A stretch of DNA of 64,000 nucleotides, taken from positions 7,609 to 71,608 of the forward strand of contig JBBRND010000022.1 of the NCBI GenBank assembly GCA_038230515.1. Reading direction: 5' to 3'. The notes beneath the pieces are model-generated. The model ran no database searches. It saw only the letters and a program-made list of their open reading frames with translations, and was not told the origin of the DNA. The stretch is from Bacteroidia bacterium. Lineage in GTDB: Bacteria > Bacteroidota > Bacteroidia > AKYH767-A > 2013-40CM-41-45. Position 1 is the first letter of the stretch, and every line of letters begins with the position of its first letter. This document shows, in pieces, positions 19,541 through 28,566 of this stretch. The position numbers were made by a program, and so were the translations under genes.

Positions 19541-19930
19541 CTTTCCGGAATGTAGAAAGGATAGGCGAACCCGGCAGAAGGTTTTCATTGCAGACTTGGG
19601 CATTCTTCACATCATATAAGAAAGAATAGCGCCACCACTACCAGCGAAATAAAATGATAGATGGTAGTGATAAAAAAAATTGCCATGATTTCATTTCCTT
19701 GCCACGGTGCCAAGATCAACCGGGAAATAAAATTCAAGCCAATTGAAGAAGGCAGCCGTAAATGCATTCTGTGCCGGAGATATGCCTGAAGCTGGATGTC
19801 TCCATGTTACAGGATTCCATACAGCCATGTTGTGCGCTCCGGTATACAAAAACTTGAAGTAATTAAATGCACGATGGTGAAGGTAGCATTCATATTAATG
19901 CTACCTTAGGATACATAGATAACATACAAA

Positions 19931-22129
19931 TTACTTTATAATTAAAAATCTTTTCGCTGTCTGTTGAGTTTTAGAATATAACTGAAACTGATAAACTCCG
20001 TTTGATAAATCGCTAACATCAATTTCGGCTTGATTGAAAATTTCTCTCCTCACCATTCTTCCATAAATATCTATAATCCGGTAATTCAAAATTGTTTGTT
20101 CTGTTGACTTGATTGAAACATTTATCGTTTGCTGTGCAGGACTCGGATAAAGTAAAATGTCATCAGCAGAATATAGTTGTTCAGGTTGATTGATGTTTGT
20201 TGTTATGCTGTCGTTGTTATTTACAAGATTTGTTGCCTGATAGTAAACCAAAATTGCACTTTCATTTTGTGGTGTTGCACTTCCCCACGGTGTAACATTT
20301 ATAACAGGAATATTATTTCCATTTGGAGTTCCATTTGTGTCGGCTGTTTGTCGTCCTACACAAATAATACCTTGTGAACTTTTGTAAACACCAAACAAAT
20401 CAGTGTTACTTCCGCCTGCTTGTGTGAGTGTGTCCCACACGCCAACAACAAGCGAAGAATATTTCGGAACATGAAATTGTTCATCATACACTCTCACAAA
20501 ACTATTCCATGCACTAAACCCACCGTTGTTTGGCTTAACCATTTTCTGATAAGCGTTTGCAGTGGTTATTGTTCTTCGTCCTACTGCCAACACACAGACA
20601 TCACCATTGCTGCTCACTTTCAAATTATTTTTTGCCATTCTGGTTGTGTTCACATCCGGCCATCCTGTATTCGGGTCAGGCCACCCGTCTAAGTTCGGGT
20701 CAGCATGAGGAGTTCCAAGTGAGCCCGTGCCTTCGGCAAGTTCAGCCATGTATGTTGAATTGGTCAGCACTCCGTTATTCAATTGCAATTTTCCTAACCA
20801 CGAAATATGAATGTTGCCTTGTGTGCCTGTAAAATTATTTTGAAAACCGTAAGCACTTCCGTTTGCATTGATGGTATTTCCTTCCCAAAAATTTTCTACA
20901 TTATTTCCGTGACAACGAGCACCAACAACTAATTTATTGTTGGTGTAATCAATTGCAAGTGCATCTACATATTGGTCAGGACTTGAGTTTACGGTATCGC
21001 CAAGCGGAGTAATTTCATGATATAATCTGCTCCACCATTTTAAACTGCCTGAGGAATCCATTGCAATTACAGCAGGTTCAAAATCAGGTAAGCCACCATT
21101 TGGCAAAACACTTTTAAAATTCATTCCGATATATACATCGTTGTTTCTTCTGTCGATGGTGATGGATGAACCACCGTAAACAGGAGTTGCTGATGCAGAG
21201 TAGCCGGTATAACCCGGACTAACAGCAGTGGGATTTAAAGGGTCACACGGTGAGTTAAATAAAATATCAAGTGGCCACTTGCCTTTTTTAGTTCCACCGT
21301 TTTCATCCGGTTGAGTAAGATTGTAATCGGTAGTTGTCCATGAACGCAAATCACATCGTCCCCAAATTTTTAATACGATGCCACTGAAACTTACTGAATC
21401 GATACTGCCTAACGGATTTGCCGATGCCGGTGTTCCTTTCCATTCAGTTCCGTTGGTTAGCCAATGCGTTCTCCAATTTTCAATAATGGTTCGTTGTCCG
21501 TTTTGATTTAAACAATAGATGGCACTCCAGTCGTAGCCGTATGCCTCGCCACCGATATAATAAACTTTCCCATCACTCGTAACATCCCATGGTTGTGTAT
21601 CTTTCGCAATTGATTTTGCCCACACCGCATTAACCCACGAAAGCGAAGTTGGAATACCATTGATAAAGTTGTGGTCAAGTTTTGCAATGACATAACCTCC
21701 ATTGTTCGGGTCGGTGTCGGAAGTGTTGCAACTAATAAATAAATCTCCTGTTGGAGAATAGGGTTGTGAATTTGTTTTGATGAAACGAATGTCTTCAACA
21801 GCACCTTGCGGAAAATGCACTACTTGTAAAATGGTTTGCAAGTCGTTTGAGAGATGCAAAATGAAACCATACTTGTTTGTGCCAAGTGCATTTGGAATAG
21901 TTGCCGAGTAAGTAAGTTGTGTTTCAGGTGCTGCACCTGTCCATGTAAGATTGTCAGCATAACCAACTACTAAAAAACTTCCATCGGTAATTTGCATCAC
22001 GTCATAAAAAGTTTCTTTGCCTGTGCCTCCTGCATAAGTTACAATGTTGGTTTGTGCAAATACAGAGAAAGAAAACAAAGTTGAAGTTAATAGTAAAATT
22101 GATTTCCTCGTTTTAATAATTGCTTTTTA
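19931..22129 (-). CDS. T9SS C-terminal sorting domain-containing secreted protein (function unknown)
   Basis: C-terminal tail LLYPSPAQQTINVSIKS...RFLIIK. The signal peptide KAIIKTRKSILLLTSTLFSFSVFAQT is only encoded if translation starts at ATA 22129 or ATT 22120/22117. The first canonical start (TTG 22078) would truncate the signal peptide. Confidence 0.6.
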
Positions 22130-22526
22130 TTGATGATTATAGAAGCTAAAAGTAGAGATTAAAGTCGTCATAGTGTTACGAAGAATGGTATTTGCGCGAA
22201 GGATAGCAAACACGACTTGTACCAACCTTGCACAACTGCCACGTCTGCGCTAAAGCTACGGGAGATAAATTTTAAAATGAAAGGATTAACTTGCACACAC
22301 TTTACTCACTTCTTTTTTTATTTTTTCTTTAAGGTGTTCGTGATACGCTGCGCTTGATTCATTAACCTATACAAACCACTACGGTTCAACTTGTCCACCG
22401 TAGCCTTTTTCATCCACTGTAGCTTTAGCGAAGGTGAAAGCGAAGGTGGATAACACAGAATCTTTTTGTTATGCGCTCGCCAAGTCTGTCGTAGATGTGT
22501 ATTGTCAAGTTCGCAATACTGTTTGT

Positions 22527-23834
22527 TCATTGCACGATAAGTTTCTCAACGAATTGTTTTTCTCCGTCACATACTTTCACAAAGAAAATGCCTGATGGAA
22601 ATTTGTTGTTGATTGTTTGTTGCTTGCCGATGATTTCTGTTGAATAAACTTTCTCCCCAAGTACATTGTAGATTTCTACTAGCGCATTTTTAATTTCGGA
22701 GATTGGTTTGATGGTGAAAGTTGATAAGGTAGGGTTGGGAAATATTTCGAATTGCTGATTGGTGATTTCGTATTGCGGAACATCAGTCAGTGGGCTTGCA
22801 TAACCCATGCTGTCCGTCTTTATTATGTATAAATATGTATTCGAAGAATTATTTGTAAGTGCGTTTATAATAAATCCTCCATCCGTTGTTTGCTCTAAAT
22901 AATTTGGACCCGCACTTCCTATACCTGCGAACCGCTGACTCCATGTAATGTTTAAGTTGTTGTCAAGTTTGAAAAGATAAATTGCACTGTCAGACACTTC
23001 AGTTCCTATTGCAGCATATCCGCCATCTCTTGTACCTTGAATAGAAACAAAAGAACCTGCATTATATTGTCGTGAATAAAGTGTGTCGCATGTGCTATGA
23101 TTTATTTTGCTAATCCACTTGTATGGATAATATATACCCGCAACTACATAGTCACTATCAAGTCCTTCGGCAATTGAATAAGGAGTCATTACAGCATGCG
23201 GCACTGTGTCTTGATAATAAGTATTGCAAATCAAATTATTTGCGGTATCAAATTTTGTAATAAAAGTTTCGTAAGAATACTCTCCGTAATCCAAAGAAAG
23301 TAAATCTGCATTCATTAAAAATATTGATGTAGCGCCAGAGCCCGTTTGTCTTGTCCATAAATGATTTCCGCTTGTATCAACTTTTTCATAGTAGGACATG
23401 TTGGTTATTCCGTATGTGTTATCAAAAATTGTAAAGAGGTAATTGCCGTCAGTTGCAATTTGCGCCTGATAAGAGTTTGAACCGTTATAACTGGTAGGAT
23501 AATGTTTTATCCAAAGAGTATCTCCGTTTAAATCAGTTTCAGCAATTGCAGCATCAGAGGGATAAATGCCGTTAAAGTGTTCGCCTCCGATGATGTATTT
23601 ATTATTTACTTGTTTGCTTACACAATAAACAATAAATGGGAAATTTTTTGTCCATTGAATATTACCATAGGCATCTAACTTCAAAAGGTTGCCACCTGTT
23701 GTGATGTATCCACCATCAGGTGTTTGATGAATTACAGTACCCAAAGAAAGATTATAAATTCTTTGAAAAGTTATCTGCGCAAAAGAATTGGTAATAAGAA
23801 GAAAGAGGATTAAGTTCAGTAGATAATTTTTCAT
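22527..23834 (-). CDS. T9SS C-terminal sorting domain-containing secreted protein (function unknown)
   Basis: Signal peptide MKNYLLNLILFLLITNSFAQ. C-terminal tail ...EIFPNPTLSTFTIKP...FVKVCDGEKQFVEKLIVQ. Confidence 0.6.
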   Translation of the reverse strand: MKNYLLNLILFLLITNSFAQITFQRIYNLSLGTVIHQTPDGGYITTGGNLLKLDAYGNIQWTKNFPFIVYCVSKQVNNKYIIGGEHFNGIYPSDAAIAETDLNGDTLWIKHYPTSYNGSNSYQAQIATDGNYLFTIFDNTYGITNMSYYEKVDTSGNHLWTRQTGSGATSIFLMNADLLSLDYGEYSYETFITKFDTANNLICNTYYQDTVPHAVMTPYSIAEGLDSDYVVAGIYYPYKWISKINHSTCDTLYSRQYNAGSFVSIQGTRDGGYAAIGTEVSDSAIYLFKLDNNLNITWSQRFAGIGSAGPNYLEQTTDGGFIINALTNNSSNTYLYIIKTDSMGYASPLTDVPQYEITNQQFEIFPNPTLSTFTIKPISEIKNALVEIYNVLGEKVYSTEIIGKQQTINNKFPSGIFFVKVCDGEKQFVEKLIVQ

Positions 23835-24056
23835 TTTGGTTTTAGTTTGTCAAAGTTAATTTCTTGCAGTCAGTTGAAGTCGTTGTGTCGCCCAAGCATA
23901 ACTACACAGCATTTTAATATCCGTAACAAATCTACTTTTTATTTCGCTTTTCCAACACACGGGGTTTGGATAAACGAAACTCCGCCTCATTGCTTTTTTT
24001 AAAAACAGAGCCGAAAAGTAAAAAATAATTTCACTGCTTCCAAATCAAGGATTCAA

Positions 24057-24200
24057 GTGCCGTCAGATGCTGTTCTATTGCCGGTGTGTTCTTCGCCTGA
24101 TGTTTTATTTCAGTTCTCTCCACCCGCAAAAGCAATCGCGCGCCTGTCCCGTTTTTACGGGAAAGAACTGGCATCACAACAACTCATCGCTTACCGGCAA
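24057..24200. repeat. copy A of a roughly 130-bp repeated intergenic element (degenerate internal stem-loop)
   Basis: Aligns with 24610-24745: ctattgccggtNtgt, tgatgtttNatNtcagttctc, ccgcaaaa, aagaactgNcatcaca. Copy A has a 23-bp insertion. Confidence 0.6.
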
Positions 24201-24291
24201 AGTCGCTACAGCAAGGGGTTTAAGAAGTTCAGCAAAAAAATAATTTGTGCAACTAACTATAGGTCTTTGATGGCTAGCAAAAGGGTTTTTG

Positions 24292-24478
24292 TTCACTGAC
24301 AAAAAGATTTTCGTCAGTGAAAAAGAGATTTTCTTCTATGAAAAAAAGATTTTCTTCTATGGAAAAATAATTTTCTTCTATGAAAAAAAGATTTTCTTCA
24401 ATGGAAAAAAGAATTTCGTCAATGAAAAAAAGATTTTCTTCTATGAAAAAAAGGTTTTGCTCATTAACAAAAACGAAG
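24292..24478. repeat. about 8-9 copies of a 21-22-bp tandem repeat (attttcttctatgaaaaaaag)
   Basis: Read directly. Confidence 0.85.
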
Positions 24479-24609
24479 CAATGTGCGAAATAACGCTCCT
24501 TTTGCACAAATCCTTTCAGTGTTGGCTTGCCTTCCGCGATTCTTGTGCGCGAGCAAGTCCCCTCTGTGTGTTAGCAAGGCCCGTAAGAGAGAGGGGATTT
24601 AGGGGTGTG

Positions 24610-24745
24610 TCATTCAGGTGCCACCTGGTGTTGTGCTATTGCCGGTTTGTGGTTCATATTGATGTTTCATGTCAGTTCTCACTGTCCGCAAAAACCATGA
24701 CGCGAAGAACTGACATCACAGGAAAACTACACTCAGCTACCTGAA
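24610..24745. repeat. copy B of the roughly 130-bp repeated element, with an 11-bp stem atgtcagttct/agaactgacat around a 27-nt loop
   Basis: Read directly. Confidence 0.6.
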
Positions 24746-24831
24746 CACCGATAAAAAAGCACCTTCTTTCCTGTAAAGGAGCCCAGGTTTACATCTGCAT
24801 ACGTTGCACTACCTGGGAAGGGTAGTAAGAG

Positions 24832-26070
24832 TTATTTGAATTTAAAAGCCATCGTTACTATATCCGCAAGAAGGCCGGTACCGGTGTTTCTTATGTAATG
24901 CCCATATCTGAATTCAAATGAATTAAAATACTTGATATGTAACACTCCTTTTGAAGGAACTATTCGTATTCCCATCCCAATAAAATGACTGGTAAATCCG
25001 GAAAGATCATAGTCGCTGGTGTAATAGGTTTCACCTGGACTGTGCTTATTTATCGGAGCAAAATAAGTTATTCCGCTTTGCGAATTAAATCTGTAATATG
25101 GAATTAATGAATAAAAAGCAGATAGCTTAATTGGTATTTCAATGCTTGCAGTATGAGCAGTGTTTCCCCAATTATCATGATAAATTCTGTAGAAGGAACG
25201 GATGACAAAACGATCGCCTAGAAAATAATTTACTCTTAACCCGGCCGCAATCTTAAGTCTTTTGTCAGGCAGTTTCTCAACCCTCTCTTCCCCGTCATTG
25301 AGGTAAACCCTTTGGTAGAGTGTGGTCAATTGCCCCTGCATGTAAGAAGGATCAAAGATGAGGGCAACCTGCATTCTTTTATTTACAACTTGCGATAAAG
25401 TAAATGTTGCCTGAAAGGAATTTCTCGGCTTGGTGTCCACCGGCAAACTGTCTCTTTGCGATCCGCTACCATAACCTACCGGTCGAAGTTCAAAAGGATA
25501 AATAACAGTCCATTGGTCGAGGAACGCAAGCAACTTGATTCCAAATTCGCGGTTATAATTTTTAGAGGATTTTGAAAAACTAAGGTTCAATCCTTTTGAG
25601 GAATAATCGTATTCATGCGAATAAGATATGCCTGCTCCGTAATTTAAATGTCTTTTATCGTTTTGAACACTCCATGAAAGCGAGGGATAAACGCGGACAT
25701 CATGCCTGGATGGACCGCTTAGTTGGTAAGAACCATTGCGTTCCTTAACGGGAAATGGATTAATATTATCTGAAGAAGCCGAAGTATAATAATCAATTCC
25801 ACATTCTAAAGACAGGTGATGCGTGTTACCGGTTACATTTAATTTAGATACTTTAAGCTCGAGTGTATTTGCAATGTCAGTAAGTGCTTCGGTTCCGATA
25901 CCACCTGTTACAGCAGAGTTATTTCCATTTTGCTGATAATACCCTGAAACAAAATTTACTTCTTCTACTTTTAATTTTCTTGCTTTATAGCTTGAAGAAT
26001 CTGTTGTTTGGGCGAATGAAACAGCCAGATTAAAATAGAGGGCCATTATTCCCAACGGAATTTTTCTCAT
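24832..26070 (-). CDS. DUF3570-family outer-membrane beta-barrel protein (predicted)
   Basis: Signal peptide. Alternating amphipathic beta-strands. C-terminal ...AFKFK with terminal aromatic/F. Confidence 0.55.
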   Translation of the reverse strand: MRKIPLGIMALYFNLAVSFAQTTDSSSYKARKLKVEEVNFVSGYYQQNGNNSAVTGGIGTEALTDIANTLELKVSKLNVTGNTHHLSLECGIDYYTSASSDNINPFPVKERNGSYQLSGPSRHDVRVYPSLSWSVQNDKRHLNYGAGISYSHEYDYSSKGLNLSFSKSSKNYNREFGIKLLAFLDQWTVIYPFELRPVGYGSGSQRDSLPVDTKPRNSFQATFTLSQVVNKRMQVALIFDPSYMQGQLTTLYQRVYLNDGEERVEKLPDKRLKIAAGLRVNYFLGDRFVIRSFYRIYHDNWGNTAHTASIEIPIKLSAFYSLIPYYRFNSQSGITYFAPINKHSPGETYYTSDYDLSGFTSHFIGMGIRIVPSKGVLHIKYFNSFEFRYGHYIRNTGTGLLADIVTMAFKFK

Positions 26071-26107
26071 ACTATTAAATGGGTTAATTTTTTTTTAAGC
26101 TGAGCAA

Positions 26108-26338
26108 TTAATTACAACCGCAGCCACCACCGCTCTTACCACCATTTGCTCCTGAACCACCTTCGCGGTATAATTGAAAACTTTGCTCAAACTTCTCTGA
26201 CTTTCTCGCTGAAAGTTCCATATCTGCATCATTCAAATACATCTTCTGATAGGGCTTTACAACTGCACAGGAACCGCAAACAAAGCCAAGAAATGGAATC
26301 AATAATAATATTCTGTATTTTGAAATTACGCGTTTCAT
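26108..26338 (-). CDS. DUF4266-family small lipoprotein with Gly/Cys-rich C-terminus
   Basis: Lipobox LGFVCGSC. Tail EGGSGANGGKSGGGCGCN. 4-bp ATGA overlap with apbE. Confidence 0.5.
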   Translation of the reverse strand: MKRVISKYRILLLIPFLGFVCGSCAVVKPYQKMYLNDADMELSARKSEKFEQSFQLYREGGSGANGGKSGGGCGCN

Positions 26339-27303
26339 TGTTCTGATATTTTTATATTTTTAGACGTGAAGAGCCGGTCATTCTCATCAATAATTATGCA
26401 GGCAATGTTTCTCATTTGATTAATCAAATCAAGTCCGACTCTTATTCCCATCACCATTACAGGAGTTGCCATTGCATCTGCAAGTTCTGCATTCTTAGTA
26501 ATGATGGTGACACTTTTAATACCTTCGACAGGGAAACCTGTTTTAGGATTTATGGTATGCGAATATTGCTTTCCGTCAATCACAGCAAACTTTTCATAAT
26601 TGCCGGAAGTGGCAATTGCCATGTTGCTTATTTTAAGAAATGAGAAAGGTGTATTTTTTGTGTGCGGATCTGCAATTCCTATCGTCCATTCATTTCCGTT
26701 GGGCTGCAGTCCCCAGGTAATTAAATCGCCAGAAGCATTTACAACTCCGCTCTTCACTCCTTTTTGTTCCAAAAGAATTCTTGCTTTGTCTGCTGCATAA
26801 CCTTTTCCGATGCCGCCAAAGTTAATTCTCATTCCTTTTTCTTTCAGATAAACTGTCGTTTGGGTTTCATCCAGTATCACATTCCGGTAATTAATTAACC
26901 GTATCATTTGCCGGGCAGGTTCCCTATCAGGAAGTGAAGTCATGTGGGCATCAAAATTCCAAAATCGTTTGTCAATGGAACCGTACGTAATATCAAAAGC
27001 CCCCTGTGTGAGTTTGGAAATCTTTAAAGAACGTTGAATTAAATCAAACATTTCTTTTTCAACTTTAACAGGTTTAATTCCTGCATTGAAATTTATCTCT
27101 TGTGCCTGGCTCTCATCATTAAAGGTGGTGAGCAGCTTTTCAATTCTGCTGATTTCATTTATTGCATCATCAATCCGATCCTCTGCCCATAAATCATCAT
27201 CACTCACTACGCTTATCTCAAAGCGATTTCCCATCAGCCGGACAATCTTCTGATGGGTTGTTGCTTCGCGTACCATTGTTTCATTTTGAAGCACTGGAAA
27301 CAT
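26335..27303 (-). CDS. apbE: FAD:protein FMN transferase (ApbE family)
   Basis: Motifs MGNRFEISV, GAFDITYGS, INFGGIGKGYAADK. Length 322 aa. Confidence 0.8.
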   Translation of the reverse strand: MFPVLQNETMVREATTHQKIVRLMGNRFEISVVSDDDLWAEDRIDDAINEISRIEKLLTTFNDESQAQEINFNAGIKPVKVEKEMFDLIQRSLKISKLTQGAFDITYGSIDKRFWNFDAHMTSLPDREPARQMIRLINYRNVILDETQTTVYLKEKGMRINFGGIGKGYAADKARILLEQKGVKSGVVNASGDLITWGLQPNGNEWTIGIADPHTKNTPFSFLKISNMAIATSGNYEKFAVIDGKQYSHTINPKTGFPVEGIKSVTIITKNAELADAMATPVMVMGIRVGLDLINQMRNIACIIIDENDRLFTSKNIKISEQ

Positions 27304-27721
27304 TTTTTAGTTGCTCAACAAACTGCGCTGGAGTTACTCCTGGAAATCCTTCCCACTCCTTTAATATCTTTCCGGTGGCATCCATCAAAATCGTTAACGG
27401 AAACTCTCCGTTAGGATTGTATTTTTCTGCCAACGCTTCATTTGATTTAACAAGTGCGGCACCCTGCAGGTTCTTTTTTTGTCTCGGAAAATCTGCATTT
27501 ACCAATGCAAGATTTTCACTTGCATACTTCATGAACTCCTCCGAATCAAATATTTCTTTCTTCGTCTTGATGCAGGGAACGCACCAATCAGATCCTGAAA
27601 AATTCAGGAGAATTAATTTATTTGTTTGCGCAGCATCCTTTTGTGCTTTGCCTAAATCTGTTGTCCACCCGCCCGGACTAATAAATGCAAAAAGAAGGAA
27701 TGTTGAGATCAGAATTTTCAT
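27281..27721 (-). CDS. periplasmic thioredoxin-fold protein (TlpA-like), CxxC = WCVPC
   Basis: Signal peptide MKILISTFLLFAFISPGGW and the DWCVPC motif. 23-bp overlap with apbE. Confidence 0.65.
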   Translation of the reverse strand: MKILISTFLLFAFISPGGWTTDLGKAQKDAAQTNKLILLNFSGSDWCVPCIKTKKEIFDSEEFMKYASENLALVNADFPRQKKNLQGAALVKSNEALAEKYNPNGEFPLTILMDATGKILKEWEGFPGVTPAQFVEQLKNVSSASK

Positions 27722-28566
27722 GTGTTAAAATAGAAGCAGATAGCAAGAAAAGTAATAATTCAACTTCCATGCCAAGTGATATTGCTAAAACGGAATGAGC
27801 TACATTTTATTTGATTGATGAATTAAGTCAGGAAGAATGTGCTACGATTATTGACGAAGAAAATGAAAAAACAGTTGGGTGGAAGACAAAAGATAATTCA
27901 GTGCTAATACCCTGCATTTTCCCTGCATCTTTTTGCCATGGCGGCTTTCAGTTTGGTTTGTATTGTATAATTTTTATGTCTTGCATAGCAAAACAACCCA
28001 TACAATATGAATTCTGCAGCCCTGATATTGATTGACAGCAAAGATAAATTAGTGTATAAAAAAGAAACTAAATCAGCCCAATATGAAACTCTAATCGGCT
28101 CCTGCTGCCTGCTCCTTGCCGGTTGCCAGCATTACTCATTAACAGCAATCCGGTACATGTACACTTTTTTATAGTATTCCCTAATTGACCTGCATTTATC
28201 AAGCATCTATTTTGTGCCCGATAATGATAAAGCCATTACGTAGAGGAACAATTTACAGGTGCGCGGTGCTAATAGCGGCAGTGCTGGTGGAAACTTTCTG
28301 TTGCATAACATTGGACTTTAGCGCCACAACATTGTGGAGTTAAAATTGAAGCTCGGGCTGCTAAAATCCGACCTCACTGGCTTAACGGGGGGAAAAAGAA
28401 ACCTGCCTTCCTGGCAATAGGGTGGCACGCGTCATTATAGTTTATTTTGTTCTGACAGGTAGTTTTTTTCTCTGAGGTTTTTGTTTCCTCGAGAAGGTTT
28501 TGCTTATTTTTGAGCGCTCTCAACGTTTTTGTTTTTGCAAAAACTAACTAACGCATCCAATCATTT

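Noticed and set aside
19541-19930. Small minus-strand ORF (MAVWNPVTWRHPASGISPAQNAF..., about 45 aa) in the miaA-downstream spacer
   Set aside because: It is under 60 aa with no recognisable homology. It could be a gene remnant, and I cannot support it.
22318-22530. 70-aa ORF between two T9SS genes
   Set aside because: It overlaps a repeat-containing promoter region, has a basic low-complexity tail, and has no homology I recognise.
27811-28035. 74-aa ORF MIDELSQEECATIIDEENEK...
   Set aside because: No recognisable domain, and it sits in a long leader. I cannot support a coding call, so it is listed only as part of the leader finding.
28081-28440. RNase P RNA or SRP RNA upstream of the CotH gene
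   Set aside because: Fragments resemble SRP/RNase P motifs (atgacgcgtgcc, ccaggaaggcagg), but they are in the wrong order and the universal motifs (GGAAAGTCCGG, GGTAAGGGTGAAA, ACAGAACCCGGCTTA) are absent.
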